Shown here: in pieces, positions 14,192 to 26,459 of the stretch
Numbering within the stretch: the first letter of the stretch is position 1
Layout of the letters: every line of letters begins with the position of its first letter
Assembly (NCBI RefSeq): GCF_964355755.1
Contig: NC_092674.1
Span: 496,001-560,000 of the forward strand
DNA from: Antedon mediterranea
Lineage: Eukaryota > Animalia > Echinodermata
Direction: 5' to 3'
Length of the DNA stretch: 64,000 nucleotides
Notes under the pieces: model-generated
The model's input: the letters and a program-made list of their open reading frames with translations, nothing else
Told to the model about the DNA's origin: nothing
The model's database searches: none
Position numbers and translations under genes: made by a program

Positions 14192-15012
14192 ACGATGGTT
14201 CTCCATGAGTTTCTATGTTGCATACTGGTTTCAAGATATTGGTTGAATAGCCTTTGTCTTTTTTAAGCTGGTCAACATTGTAGGTTTTTACACATATTGC
14301 TATGATTAGTTACATTAACAGGCAGTAATGCGTTATAATACATTACAGTATGTTTATTTTATTCTCCATTTAAGATTTTTTGTTTTAAAATCAGTTTTCC
14401 TACAATATAATCATACAAGAAAAGAAGGTACTTACCATCTAATCTTGTAATTCGTATCATTGGTTTGATAGAAAGATTTTTTACACATTTAATCATACAA
14501 TGTATTAAGAAAATAAAAACAAATATTTAATATTATTAACAGTATTTATTTACTACGATAGTAAGATCTACAATTCTACATTTACATAATAAATGTTTTG
14601 ATAAATCAAAAGGTACATTAAAAAGAATGACAATGTTGTGGATATTACTAGTATTAGGATATATTCAATTACATTTCCAAATAAAATACACTATTGAATT
14701 AAATATATCTAACAAAATATCTAACAAAAATATCTAACAAAACAAGATTTTAAACATTTTCATTTCTTTTTAAATAATAACTAATATAATTCATTCATGA
14801 TATTGTTGATTTATGAATATTTTTTAAAATACAGTACATTGGAAACATTGCAGTAACCGTGCTGTCTGTTGTAGCATTGTTTACCAAATATTTTCTTAAT
14901 GAATACATTAACTGTATTACAATTACATTTGCTGGAAAAATGTTGAAACATTAATATCATTGGTGGATCTCTGCCATCTGTATTAGATGAAACTCTATCA
15001 TATTCCATCCCA

Positions 15013-18000
15013 TCATGCATTTGTGTCAAAGAATCCTTTGTTGATTATGTATTTTAGGCACTGCAGAAGCACATTCCTTTCATGTCTAATGTCACCCGCG
15101 AGTAACTATAGAAATAGAAAACAATTTATCAAGACATTTATCAGACAAAAATGTTCAATATTTTTCAAACAAAATAAGTATTTCTTTCATCAGTAATGCA
15201 ACGTAATAAATTAGATGACCTCTAAATTGTAAAAGCATAAGAAGCTCAAATAAATACTGAAACAAATTACACTGAAAAGGTTTACAGGAAGGTGTAGCAT
15301 GATGAAAATGTTAATTTGATTTATCAACGAAATGGAAAACTTATCATATCATCAATAATATCCCACATTGTAAATTATAAATCATTATTATTTACACATA
15401 CTCCACTACACCTGCAATATACATACATCATGTCCCATGACTGTTTTATCAAAGATGCAAAATAAATAAATGTAACAGAACTTGAGATCTCAGGGGTAGA
15501 CTAGATAAGCAAACACAGAGCAATGTGCTAATGTAAAATTAAGCATTTTCACTTAGGTGAACAATAGGTGTATATATGCACCCCCTGGGTAGTGATTTAA
15601 TATTCATAGAAATGGATATCAATAATATAAAAGATAAATAAATAATATAATAAATAAAAGACCACCTGGATACATCAGCATATAGTAGACGGATTTTGGC
15701 AAAAATACAATGTAAAAGAAGGTAAAAGATAGAACATTAAGTATTCACCATTTGACAATGTTTAGGCTCTGGGCCTCTGGGACCACTTTCCCTCTCTACT
15801 TATCTCTAAAATTATGAATCCAGCACTAAAGAGGGTGTGACTATTTGTTAACACTAACAAATAATGGCAGCAACAATGTATGTTAAATGTGTAGGAAAGG
15901 GTGGCTATTTCACCAGTAAAGGAAATTACATTTTAAAGTCATTAAACTATATTCACATTCATTTCAAGGTCTTAACAGTATTCACATTTTCAACAATTTC
16001 AGACAGCACTTAATTAGATGAATATGAATTGTAATCAACTTTTTTTCTTTTTAGACTAAATTTGTTTACAGAATTATTCTGTAAATGATAACAGTCTCCA
16101 ATAATGAGAGTTAGTAAAAAGCTAATAGAACAGTTGCCATGGTACAGTTGCTATGGTATAATTAGGGTCTGCATCTAATCTAAAGCTCTGTCTACACTAT
16201 CAAACTAATTTGACACAAAATATGTGATGTACCCAAATATGGTAGTGATAAGCCCAAATATGGTAGTGATATGACATCATTATGTCCATATATGTTATGG
16301 ACACATTTTTTGTCACATAATGTTTGATTGGTTTGCTCGCAAGGACAAAATTGGTAAAATAAAGAGTAAATGAACAATATGATTCAGAGATAAATATTGA
16401 AAGTCTTTCAATGCGAGTTCATTACAGGGTGAGATGTTTACTAATGGATAAAACATGACTCATTAAAACATTAATAAAGGTTTATTGAGATTACTGTATT
16501 GTAGAGCTTTATAAATGACATGATATGATGCAATAGGTGGCCCTAGATTTCATTTCTAAAGAAATAAAGCAAACTCTTAAATAAAATGTTTGATTGCAAT
16601 GCAAGGTCTGGCAATTAATAAGAAAAGTAACTAACAAACAGCAGGGGGAGCAGTGACAGTAAATGGAATAACCTCATCCACTTTACAGTTCTACTAATTA
16701 CCCAAGTGTCTTTGTTTTTTATGCTTGAGTGATCTACAAGGTGACCTATCACTGGATAATTATCAAATGTCATTGATTAACACAGAGCAATTACTGACAG
16801 AACACCTCAATTAATTTCAATAGTTTTACTGTATAGTGTATTTACATACAAAATGACAGCTGGATTTCAACACCATTAAGTTGACATTATTTATGATGGA
16901 AAAAAAGGTGCGAGAACTGTATAACTATCACCTATAATATTCATGCTGTACTAATGATGTGAGATGTACGAGACAGACGCATCAGTCAGGCACATAATTA
17001 TACAACAAATCAATTTACTGAGGAGAAAACTATTAAAACCTTTGATATGGTTTACACAAATTAACTCGTTAATAATCTATGCTATTATAAGAAAAGCCAT
17101 ATAAAGAATTATTATATAATTTGATGACCTTTGCCAAGTGCTCCATAAACGAAACATAAAGTATGCCACTGCACAAAATGTACAAGTTTTTAAATAACTA
17201 AGCAACATTTTATAAATTATATTTCCATTTTAAATAATAGAACTAATTATAAAAGTTCTAGGTATATTTCCTATAATTCATGTCACAAGTCAATTCTGTA
17301 TTGTCTTTTCTTTCAATTTCAAGACATTAGGTTGATAAATATTTAGCTCATATTTGAAGTGTAAGTGAAACACAGTCTACACAGACACATTAAGATTTGT
17401 TCTGCTACATAAAAAAATAACCCTGGGATACAAGCAACAGATTCACTTAACATGTTATCAAATACAATACATATTGATGAAAACATAAGCTTTCGATGAA
17501 TAAGGAGAGACTAACGCTCTGTCTACACTATCAAACTAGTTTGACAAAAAAAATATGAATGAAATTGAATCTTTGAATTGCCACTGAAAGCAACTGTCAA
17601 ACTACTTTCCCTTGAACCTGTAAATTAAAATAATTTGCTGGAATGCAATGTTCTAATCCTTGTGGCAGATATTCCTTTGTTGGAATGCAATGTTCTAATC
17701 CTTGTGGCAGATATTCCTTTGTTGGAATGCAATGTTCTAATCCTTGTGGCAGATATTCCTTTGTTGGAATGCAATGTTCTAATCCTTGTGGCAGATATTC
17801 CTTTGTTGGAATGCAATGTTCTAATCCTTGTGGCAGATATTCCTTTGTTGGAATGCAATGTTCTAATCCTTGTGGCAGATATTCCTTTGTTGGAATGCAA
17901 TGTTCTAATCCTTGTGGCAGATATTCCTTTGTTGGAATGCAATGTTCTAATCCTTGTGGCAGATATTCCTTTGTTGGAATGCAATGTTCTAATCCTTGTG

Positions 18001-21000
18001 GCAGATATTCCCATAGTCTTACAAAACAGTATTGGTTGTATTTACTTACATTTTTTAATATTTGTAATTAATTGTTTTATTTGACTAGATGCTTTATTCA
18101 AGAGAAAGGGTCCTCAATAATATATTTTTGCAATTTTTTTTTTGTAAATCAAAGTTTTTTAATGCGTGTTCTTCAAATAAAATTTACAGTTTTTGAAAGT
18201 ATGGATCGAATATGTATTCAATTAATGTATGCATACATGGGATTATTACAATTAAAATTTTAAGCAATATACACTATAATATTGATGAGTTATGTAGTGG
18301 ATAAGTATTATATTTGATTATCATTTGTCAATTGTAAATAGGGAAGATCACAATGCATTAGCTTTAATGTAAGATGACAACGTTAAAAGTAGTTTTAGTT
18401 TGATTTATCATTAGTCTGAATATTAATAATGGATTTAAAATTGTACTGCTATAATTTAAGTTTTATTATATATCCAAACTAAATTTAAAAGCTAAATCAC
18501 CAATTACAGGTCCATAAACTCGAACCTAGGACCCTGGATTGGTAACAACCATTTTAACCATACTACTGTACTACATAGCTACACACAGAGTAAATGAATT
18601 AAATCCACTTTCTTGGCTGATAAAGACAGTTTGATTTCAAATAGACGTTTTATTCCCCTGAGCGTTTTTCTTAATGTTCCATCAAAATGACAGCCATACT
18701 TCACAAATTTGACACCAATATTGGAAATGCTATAATAATTCAGTCAAATATTATACTTCATCATCATAAACGAATGCAGTTAATTATAATAGCACAAGCA
18801 CAACTATCAATAGCTAGAATTTTTAGGACACTTTTGGAAAGCGAGTTACAGACGATGTTTTGACGCACTAAAGCTTGGTTCCCACTAGAACGTAACGCAA
18901 GGACATAAACGCAACGCAATCGTTTTAACCAATGACAAGCAAAGTTTTAGACTTGTACTGAGTGCCACTGATGTAAATTATGAACAGTACATCAATATAT
19001 ATTGGTATAATATTATAATGATGACAAATAAATTATACATTTTAAAATTGTATAGTTTATCTATTCAGGGAAGAGTGAAATTACAATTTTACTTCTCCCT
19101 GATCTAATTAATCACTGTTTAAACACAATTTATACAAATAATATTAAAGCTTTCTGAAGAGATTGAACCATTATGAAATGCCTCCCAGTAAATCTTTATT
19201 CTGAAATTATAACATGAATATAATAAATTCATCTGAAATCTGTCCCAAAGGTTTAATCCATTACAAGATGCCTTCCAGCAAATCTCTAAAAACATGAATA
19301 TTAATACATTTGTCTGGGGAGTTAACCTGGCATCAAAAACACATAGTATCCAATACAGGTGACAACACATGTGCTAGTATTCTAAACTAAACATGCCAAG
19401 TTTCAAGCGTCAGGTGTGACAATACCTCTCAGTCCAATATGTTCATTTAGGTATTGGGTTCAAATACTGTTCAAGAGCACCTCTCCTATGTTCTAGTTAA
19501 ATTTTTTTTTTTGGACCATACTTATTGAGGGTGATCCATCCAGCAATTGCTGATCATTACGGACCCTCAGAGGTTCACAAGATAAACATATACACAAGAT
19601 GCTCTACATAAACAAAGTTTTTGGGAGTGGAGTTGTAATTTTGTCCTTAGAAAAAATCCTGACTGTGACGGGACTTAAACCCAGGACCCCTGAAGTGGTA
19701 GCCTAGCATCATAACTACAGGGCCATAACTCCACTCCATTTAATGGTTTTAAATTTGTATAGCGCAAAATACAAGTAGTCTCTATGAGCTGTTTAACACA
19801 AGTGTAAAAAGAAACTGTTGTTGTTGCTTGTACATAATTAGTGAGTATGCCACCACTTGGCAATGTGCCAATACAAATAATTTAAATATTAAAGGGCGAG
19901 GAGAATAAATACAATGAATGAGCAAAGTTATCAAATCTTGTTAATGTTTTCATACTAAAGCAAATGCTTTTATTACAATACTCACTAAGAGGATACCACG
20001 CGTCTACACTAGATTATTGCTAGGCAACGTATTCAAAGGACACTTTCAATACAGCTGGTTTGAACTATTGGCCGGAAATACATGTTGTGTCAAGATTCCT
20101 TGAACTATTGGTAAATTTGCAGAAAGCTTTATTAAATCTAGATTAACAACACATTAATTGAACATTATATATGAAATTCATTGTTAATAATATTTTATCA
20201 TATTTCAGAATTTCTATAGTTTAATTATTATTATTTATCTTTTGGTTGTCACTAAAAAAGGTAGTAACTTAAGTAACTTACTCATTCTCCATTTTCTTTC
20301 ATTTTTTCGTGCTTTTTTATATTTTATTCGGACCCTGGGCAATGGAAATACTTTTTTTTCAAAGATCACCATTGGGTTGTCCTGAATCTAATCATCTTCA
20401 TATTATGTTTCTCTTCTGTTTTTTTCCAAATGTTTCTCATTTGACTTATTTATTTATAAAATATGTATGATGTATGGATTTGATATAAAAACAAACTCAC
20501 TCACTCACAGTGATGATTAATCAAATAAATGTGAAGGATGTTCAGAATCTTACAAAACCCAAATAACTATGAATAAAGCAGCTATACTTTTTTTGTACAA
20601 GTTAATAAAATTAGTACAGTCCTAATACCAGACTTTTCTTGAAGTTTAAACAGTCCCAAATTAACATTAACATTCTAAATACTAGATTTTTCCGGAAAAC
20701 CAGACATACTCTATTTGGCCAGCCTAAAGAGATGTACAGTATTGGGAGAGTTGACTGTAGTTAAACCAGTTTTTCTCATTCATATGTAATTATGTAAAAT
20801 TATCTTTATTGGAATTTTGTGAAGTAGATTCAGCTGAGCAAACATTAACAAATGTGGAAATCAACATAATGTGCTCTGGTTCTCATTAATATTCATGATA
20901 AAAAAATATCTAAGTGACATTTCTAGTTTTATTTTTACTTTATGGGAAATTAAGCAAGGGAAGAGGGAGCAAGGAGTAGAGAATGAGTAACAAAGAAAAG

Positions 21001-23773
21001 GTTAAATAAATGAAGAACTAAAAATAAACAAGCAATATAACTGTAAATAACAAATTGAATTTACACATTTTAAGTGTTTAAGTATTTTCTAAAATAATTT
21101 AAAAGAATATGCAAATAAATATACTAATAAAAACAAGAAAAGAAATTGATTAAAAAGATTTTGATTCACTAATTTAATGCCAACGCAAATAAATCACACA
21201 ACACATAGAGGGCAGCAGTGATGTTTTTATTGAGACAAATAGGTACACTATATTGTATTTTTTCTAAACAATGAAAGCCATTTAACAAAATGTCCATTCT
21301 GTTACTTAAAACTCTTGTTGTTTGAATCTTCAATAGTCTAGTTTAAAGGCCTGGTAAAGGACGACCAATTTATCAATATATTTACTTTCAGCAATATAGC
21401 ACAGTTCTTGTTACTTTCGGACTATACTTTTAATACACCATAAGAACATACAGTGACTATCAGTTTCATTCATCAGTGGAAAATTACTTTCATTTATTGT
21501 CATTTGCATATAAAATATACATAGAAAAAGTTCACTTACCATTTCTAGTAAATTCTTGCGCTTCTTTATTTCAACCTTTCCTCTATTTTTCTTGAATTTT
21601 GTTTCTTTCTTGCGCAGTTTTCTTTTTTCTTGCCAACTCATCTTTTTCACAGCTTGAGCATTGTTTATCTGCGGCACAAGTGGAGGAGCAGAAGGAACAG
21701 GAGTCTTTGTTTCCTCTCTAATTTCACCTTCTTCTATATAAAAAGTTACCTCAATGTAATACAGTACATAGTAAAAAAGATGTAAAAAAAAACGGTTTTT
21801 ATTTAAAAAAATGCTTTTACCTTCACTGGAGTTTTCAGAATCACTTCCATAAGATGCAACTAATGATCCAAGTGAACCTACAATATTCTCTTTCAGCTCT
21901 TGATGTTCAGCTACAAAACAAATAAATATTAAGACACAAAAACTCTATTTGATGCCTAAATACCTTACCGTATTATATTATCAAAATCAGTAGAACAATT
22001 TAATCCAACCAAAGATTTCCATAAATTATATTATTATCTAAAACGATAATTAACTTAATATCTTACATTTAGGATGCGATTTGTTTGATTTGTCCATAAT
22101 CTCAGATTTGTGTTTCATTTTCCTGTAAAAATAAATGTTACACTAATTATTCATCTAATTTAAACAGCATACACAAATCAATTACAGTATGTACACTAGA
22201 GTAATTTAAAGTGTATGTAAAAAGAAGACAAGAAAAACAGAATTGCTTTCATTCTATCACTTTTTACCCAAATTCTTTAGTTTTAAGAACATTTCCACTT
22301 CTTATTCTGTCATTTAGTTTTGTTTCTTTATTCATGACATTTTTAAACGATGGATATCTCCTGGAAAAAAAAGAGAAACAAAAAGATTGGAAATGAATTG
22401 ATATTAATCTTATCATGGGTGGAAAGCATGTTTCAAAAACTTCTCAGTACTGTGAAGTACTTAATAATAATTATAATCAAGAATACGTTATGCACTTGTC
22501 AATTGTATGACCCACTATACGACCCCCGGGAGAGGTGCGTCATGGGTGCGTCATTTACAAATAATTACTGACGCAGGGGTGCGTCAAAAAACCTAGATGG
22601 TACGTCAAATCAATGAACAAGGTGTGCCACCATATCATAAACAACATGGTCATAGTGCGTCAAAATGGGTGCGTCATGGTCACCTAAAGGTAAGTCACAT
22701 TTTTGACGCACCGGTGCGTCATGGTATTCAAAGGTATGACGCACATCGGACAAATGACGCACCTCTCCCGGGGGTCGTATAGTGGGTCATACAATTGACA
22801 AGTGCATTACTTCCTCCGTTCTTCCTTCCATTTTTCAATCTCTTCCGACGTCTCCAGTCGTCCAATCGGTTTTGAGTTTGGGGCGTGTTGCATTCCTTTG
22901 TGTTGTCTGACAATTTTGAAAGCGCCTTCAAAGCTACATCCTGGATACTCGCACTGTAAAATAATAAAAAATGTGCCATTTTAATCGGTGACACATTTGC
23001 AGATTAAATTAATTAATTTATCTTTTAATTGATAACATGATGTTTGTTCTTTACATACCTTAACATGAGAATTGATGTGTTCTTGGAATTTATCCTCAGT
23101 TTTAAATCCTCTATCACACCTATCACAATTAAAATCTAACTTTTCTGCCAAATCATTTTTTCGGAAATTTTTCTTACTCTGAAATAAAAGCTTTTTGGTT
23201 AATAAATATATTTATGAAACAAAACTTCAGTGTTGACAAAAAGTAAAAATAACAAGTGAATTACATAATCACAAACAAACCATTGACTGTGATCACACTC
23301 TTTACCTTTTTCTTAATAGATGACTGTCCATTCTGAATATTGTGAGAACGCTTCGCTCCTCGACTCATTATATCATGATGTATTCCTTGAAAATTTCCAG
23401 GAACATCATGCCTAAATGGTCTAGGCCTAGGCCAATTATTATCAAAGGGTTGTTGTTGAAACGTTTGCATAGAAGAGGAATGATTATAATAACAAGATCT
23501 AGGCCCTCTATGCCTAGGCCCAGGAGGCATCCAGTTTCCTCCAAATTCATTGGGAAATTGATAGGGATGAACCGGTCTCGTCGTGGTGGTCGGAGCCTGC
23601 TGAGAACAGAAGCCCAAATTGTGGGTGCCATTATTTATTCGCTTATTATTACTACTGTTATAACCTGTACTTTGTGCAATTTTCTGTGAATCTGTTGTAA
23701 CTTTGCCATTTTCAGGAGAACAAATGTCATTTTTGTCGACTGTAAAACCCCGTGGTGGAAACGAATAAGCCAT
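15013..23773 (-). CDS. NUFIP1: NUFIP1 (FMR1-interacting protein / box C/D snoRNP assembly factor), 418 aa, 8 exons
   Basis: Exons 23773-23306, 23178-23059, 22953-22811, 22360-22268, 22122-22067, 21910-21821, 21733-21540, 15105-15013 join in frame. Pro-rich N-terminus; zinc fingers CDRCDRGFK..H..SH and CEYPGC..H..QH; PEP motif EEIEKWKEERRKRYPS; LGSLVASYGSDSE; C-terminal LLEMLLAGDIRHERNVLLQCLKYII..GFF. Confidence 0.92.
16181..16330. mobile_element. MITE family A copy (partial) in the last NUFIP1 intron
   Basis: TAAAGCTCTGTCTACACTATCAAAC...CCCAAATATGGTAGTGATATGACATC. Confidence 0.7.
17637..18010. repeat. 42-bp minisatellite, 9 copies
   Basis: Unit TGGAATGCAATGTTCTAATCCTTGTGGCAGATATTCCTTTGT. 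It produces the three overlapping repetitive ORFs. Confidence 0.95.
18870..18952. mobile_element. MITE family B fragment
   Basis: CTAGAACG(T/C)AACGCAA.GAC.TAA...ACCAAT.ACAAGC is shared with 44845-44975, which also shows inverted TTGCGTTGCGT ends. Confidence 0.5.
19660..19738 (-). mobile_element. tRNA-derived SINE head
   Basis: Reverse complement TGGAGTTATGGCCCTGTAGTTATGATGCTAGGCTACC...CCTGGGTTTAAGTCCC shows A-box and B-box remnants. Same family as 31140-31210. Confidence 0.6.
20616..20759. mobile_element. Degenerate Tc1/mariner-like MITE
   Basis: Ends TACAGTC...TATTGGGAGAGTTGACTGTA. The same end and an internal TTTTCCGGAAA occur at 32069-32320. Confidence 0.5.
22491..22806. mobile_element. 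PIF/Harbinger-type MITE, 316 bp, TTA target-site duplication
   Basis: TIR of about 50 bp, TGCACTTGTCAATTGTATGACCCACTATACGACCCCGGGAGAGGTGCGTCA, with its reverse complement at the other end. TTA at 22488-22490 and 22807-22809. Internal GGTGCGTCA repeats. Confidence 0.9.
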
Positions 23774-24034
23774 GCTTGTTGCTTCTTTTTCTTTCTGTTG
23801 CTTGTAGTTTGGTGGAATGGTTGTCTAAACAAACGTTAACGTGTACCGAAAAGGTATACCAAAGATAGTGCTACACTATCTTTGGGTACGGTATACCCAA
23901 CCTACGAGCTTTACGTAAACGACAACCGGACAAATATCTGTTGACCTCAGCTGAAATGAAAACAAGACCGAGGTCACCAAAAACAGCACAATTCAACAAA
24001 ACCAAGCGACGCCGCGCCAAACGAGTAATATAAA
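23774..24034. promoter_or_regulatory. Compact bidirectional promoter region of NUFIP1 and BAP18
   Basis: The divergent ATGs (23773 minus, 24035 plus) are 261 bp apart and the interval is locally CpG-richer. Confidence 0.7.
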
Positions 24035-26193
24035 ATGAGTTCTGCAGCCAAAGTAAGTTTTAAATATTGTTTTTATTATTACTAAATCAAGGTATAAACT
24101 CCTTACATAACACAAACTCACTGTATTTGAATAACATTACCATTTATATACAATTAACTGTGATCTTGCGTAGGCCTGGGCCTTTTAAATGATGGCCATA
24201 ATCTGCTTGACCTAAAACGGCTAAATGATCTTAATCAGCACTGTTTTTTAACAGAGGAAGTGATCATTGGGCTTAACAATAATTACAATCAATATTAAAC
24301 CCCCTATAATAAAAGAGCTGACCTAAACATCTGTGTAATTAAATTATTTTGTTGTAAACTGCTTTCCAATCAGGTTGGTGAGATCTTCTCTGCAGCTGGT
24401 GCGGCGTTTAGTAAGTTAGGTGAGCTTACAATGCAGCTGCATCCAGTAGCTGAGCCAAGCCCTGGTAGGCAAGTACAATATACAAATAAACCAATGACTA
24501 GTTTTATATTTGTTTTACTTTATTTGTAACAAAATAATTAAATATAATAATTGACATGGAAATCACTAGCCCAACACCAATAATTAATACAAGTATGATT
24601 TTTACGCTCTATGATGCCTCATAAAATAAAGTTTCGAATTTAAGAATATTAACTTTGTCAGTATAATAACCAATATCTCTGTTTTCAGCTCAAAATGGAC
24701 AGAAGGTGAAATAGAGATGCTACAAACAGCAATTAAAAAATTTGGAGAAGATTTAGTAAAAATCAGTGAAGTAATAAAAACAAGAACAGTGTAAGAACCG
24801 GAATTATCATGACCAAGTATAATCCCATCCATGCCCAAGTATAATCCCATACCCAAGTATAATCCCATCCATGCCCAAGTATAATCCCATCCATGCCCAA
24901 GTATAATCCCATACCCAAGTATAATCCCATCCATGCCCAAGTATAATCCCATCCATGCCCAAGTATAATCCCATCCATGCCCAAGTATAATCCCATCCAT
25001 GCCCAAGTATAATCCCATCCATGCCCAAGTATAATCCCATCCATGCCCAAGTATAATCCCATCCATGCCCAAGTATAATCCCATCCATGCCCAAGTATAA
25101 TCCCATCCATGCCCAAGTATAATCCCATCCATGCCCAAGTATAATCCCATCCATGCCCAAGTATAATCTCATCCATTCCCAAGTATAATCCCATACCCAA
25201 GTATAATCCCAACACCCAAATTTACATTAGCTTTTTGAATCAACATTGCAACCATGCATAATTTTACCACACTAACTACAATATTGACTATCAGCACAGT
25301 TTTAACTATCGGCACAGTGAACCAAGAGACTTTAATATTCTACATGTACCATGACCATTCCCACACCCTCATCCTTTGCTTTCAGACATCTGAAACAGAA
25401 TTTTTTTTTAACAGAGCTCAAATAAAACTAGCCATAAAGAAAAAAGCCCAAGAAGATGCTCAAAAGAAATCAACCTCCCCACAAAAAAGACCTGCAACAA
25501 CTCCAGAGGGCGCTCTCAGTGATGTCACAGATGAAACGCCTGCTAAGAAAATAAAGACAGGTAATGAATGACTGGTGGGGTTTTTTAGGCGGTCACATTA
25601 TCAAGATTAAATAGCTTGTATTCATTCATTCAAATATCCACAAATCACAGAGAAAAACTGAATTGCTTGGGATTGACAAAAAAAGAGGTTTTTAAACCAT
25701 AGCTAGAATATACAGTAGTATATATCCAAGAAAATCAGATTTCAGTAAACATAAATATGTTAATCTATTTCAGAATCACTGTGTGAATCATTGGTAGACA
25801 TTGAAGGACTAGATCCTACCACACCAAGTAAGTAAACGTGCTACTTAATGTACAATAGAAAAATAAGTTTATACAGTCCACTATTCATTATGTGATTTTA
25901 ATTGATGTCTATTATATGCCACCCGTGACGACGGAGGAGAACATTTGTACAGCAGTTAAGTTTGCTTTTGTTTAATCCTGTCCCTGTCATGGGTTTATAT
26001 TTGTATTGTATTATGTTTTTAATTGACGAAATAAATAAAATTATTGGAAAAGCATATTTATTCAGTATTGACTTAATTTCACGTTTACAGATCATGTTTC
26101 TTTGTTTTTAATTGGAAACATTTTCTTTTAGAAACCATGGATTTAAATGATTCCTTAGCATCAAATTCAGACTTGGATCTTTTATCAAGATGA
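24035..26193 (+). CDS. BAP18: Chromatin complexes subunit BAP18 (C17orf49/BACC1, SANT domain), 6 exons
   Basis: Exons 24035-24052, 24374-24468 (GC donor), 24689-24790, 25415-25560, 25774-25827, 26132-26193. Protein MSSAAKVGEIFSAAGAAFSKLGELTMQLHPVAEPSPGSSKWTEGEIEMLQTAIKKFGEDL..KTRTVAQIK..LVDIEGL matches recalled BAP18. The last exon is less certain. Confidence 0.9.
24813..25212. repeat. 22-bp minisatellite, about 18 copies, in BAP18 intron 3
   Basis: Unit CCAAGTATAATCCCATCCATGC with 18-bp variants. Source of ORFs 24602..25215. Confidence 0.93.
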
Positions 26194-26459
26194 AGGCAGG
26201 TTTTCCCAGAATACACTTCATAAGTTTTCACTACAACTGCTTTGCACTTTGTCTTGGATCAGTCCTTTCTTTTCTCAGTTTCTTTATTTGTCAGTAAATA
26301 ATACTTGCATTTAAAACCTCTGTAATTATATTTATGTTGTATGATTGTCTTCATTAAATAAATTTGCGATTTTTAAAAAAGAATTTGTGTATAAGTTTTG
26401 TGAAAGTTAAAATAAAAATCTGGGTACTGCAAAGTGAGTATAAAATTGTTGTTAAGTTG

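Noticed and set aside
17625-18084. Three overlapping repeat ORFs, including the Cys-rich (MQCSNPCGRYSFVG)n
   Set aside because: By-product of a 42-bp unit that is open in several frames. The copies lack the synonymous variation expected of a coding repeat.
24602-25215. Gly/Trp-rich minus-strand ORFs
   Set aside because: Translation of the 22-bp intronic minisatellite, antisense to BAP18.
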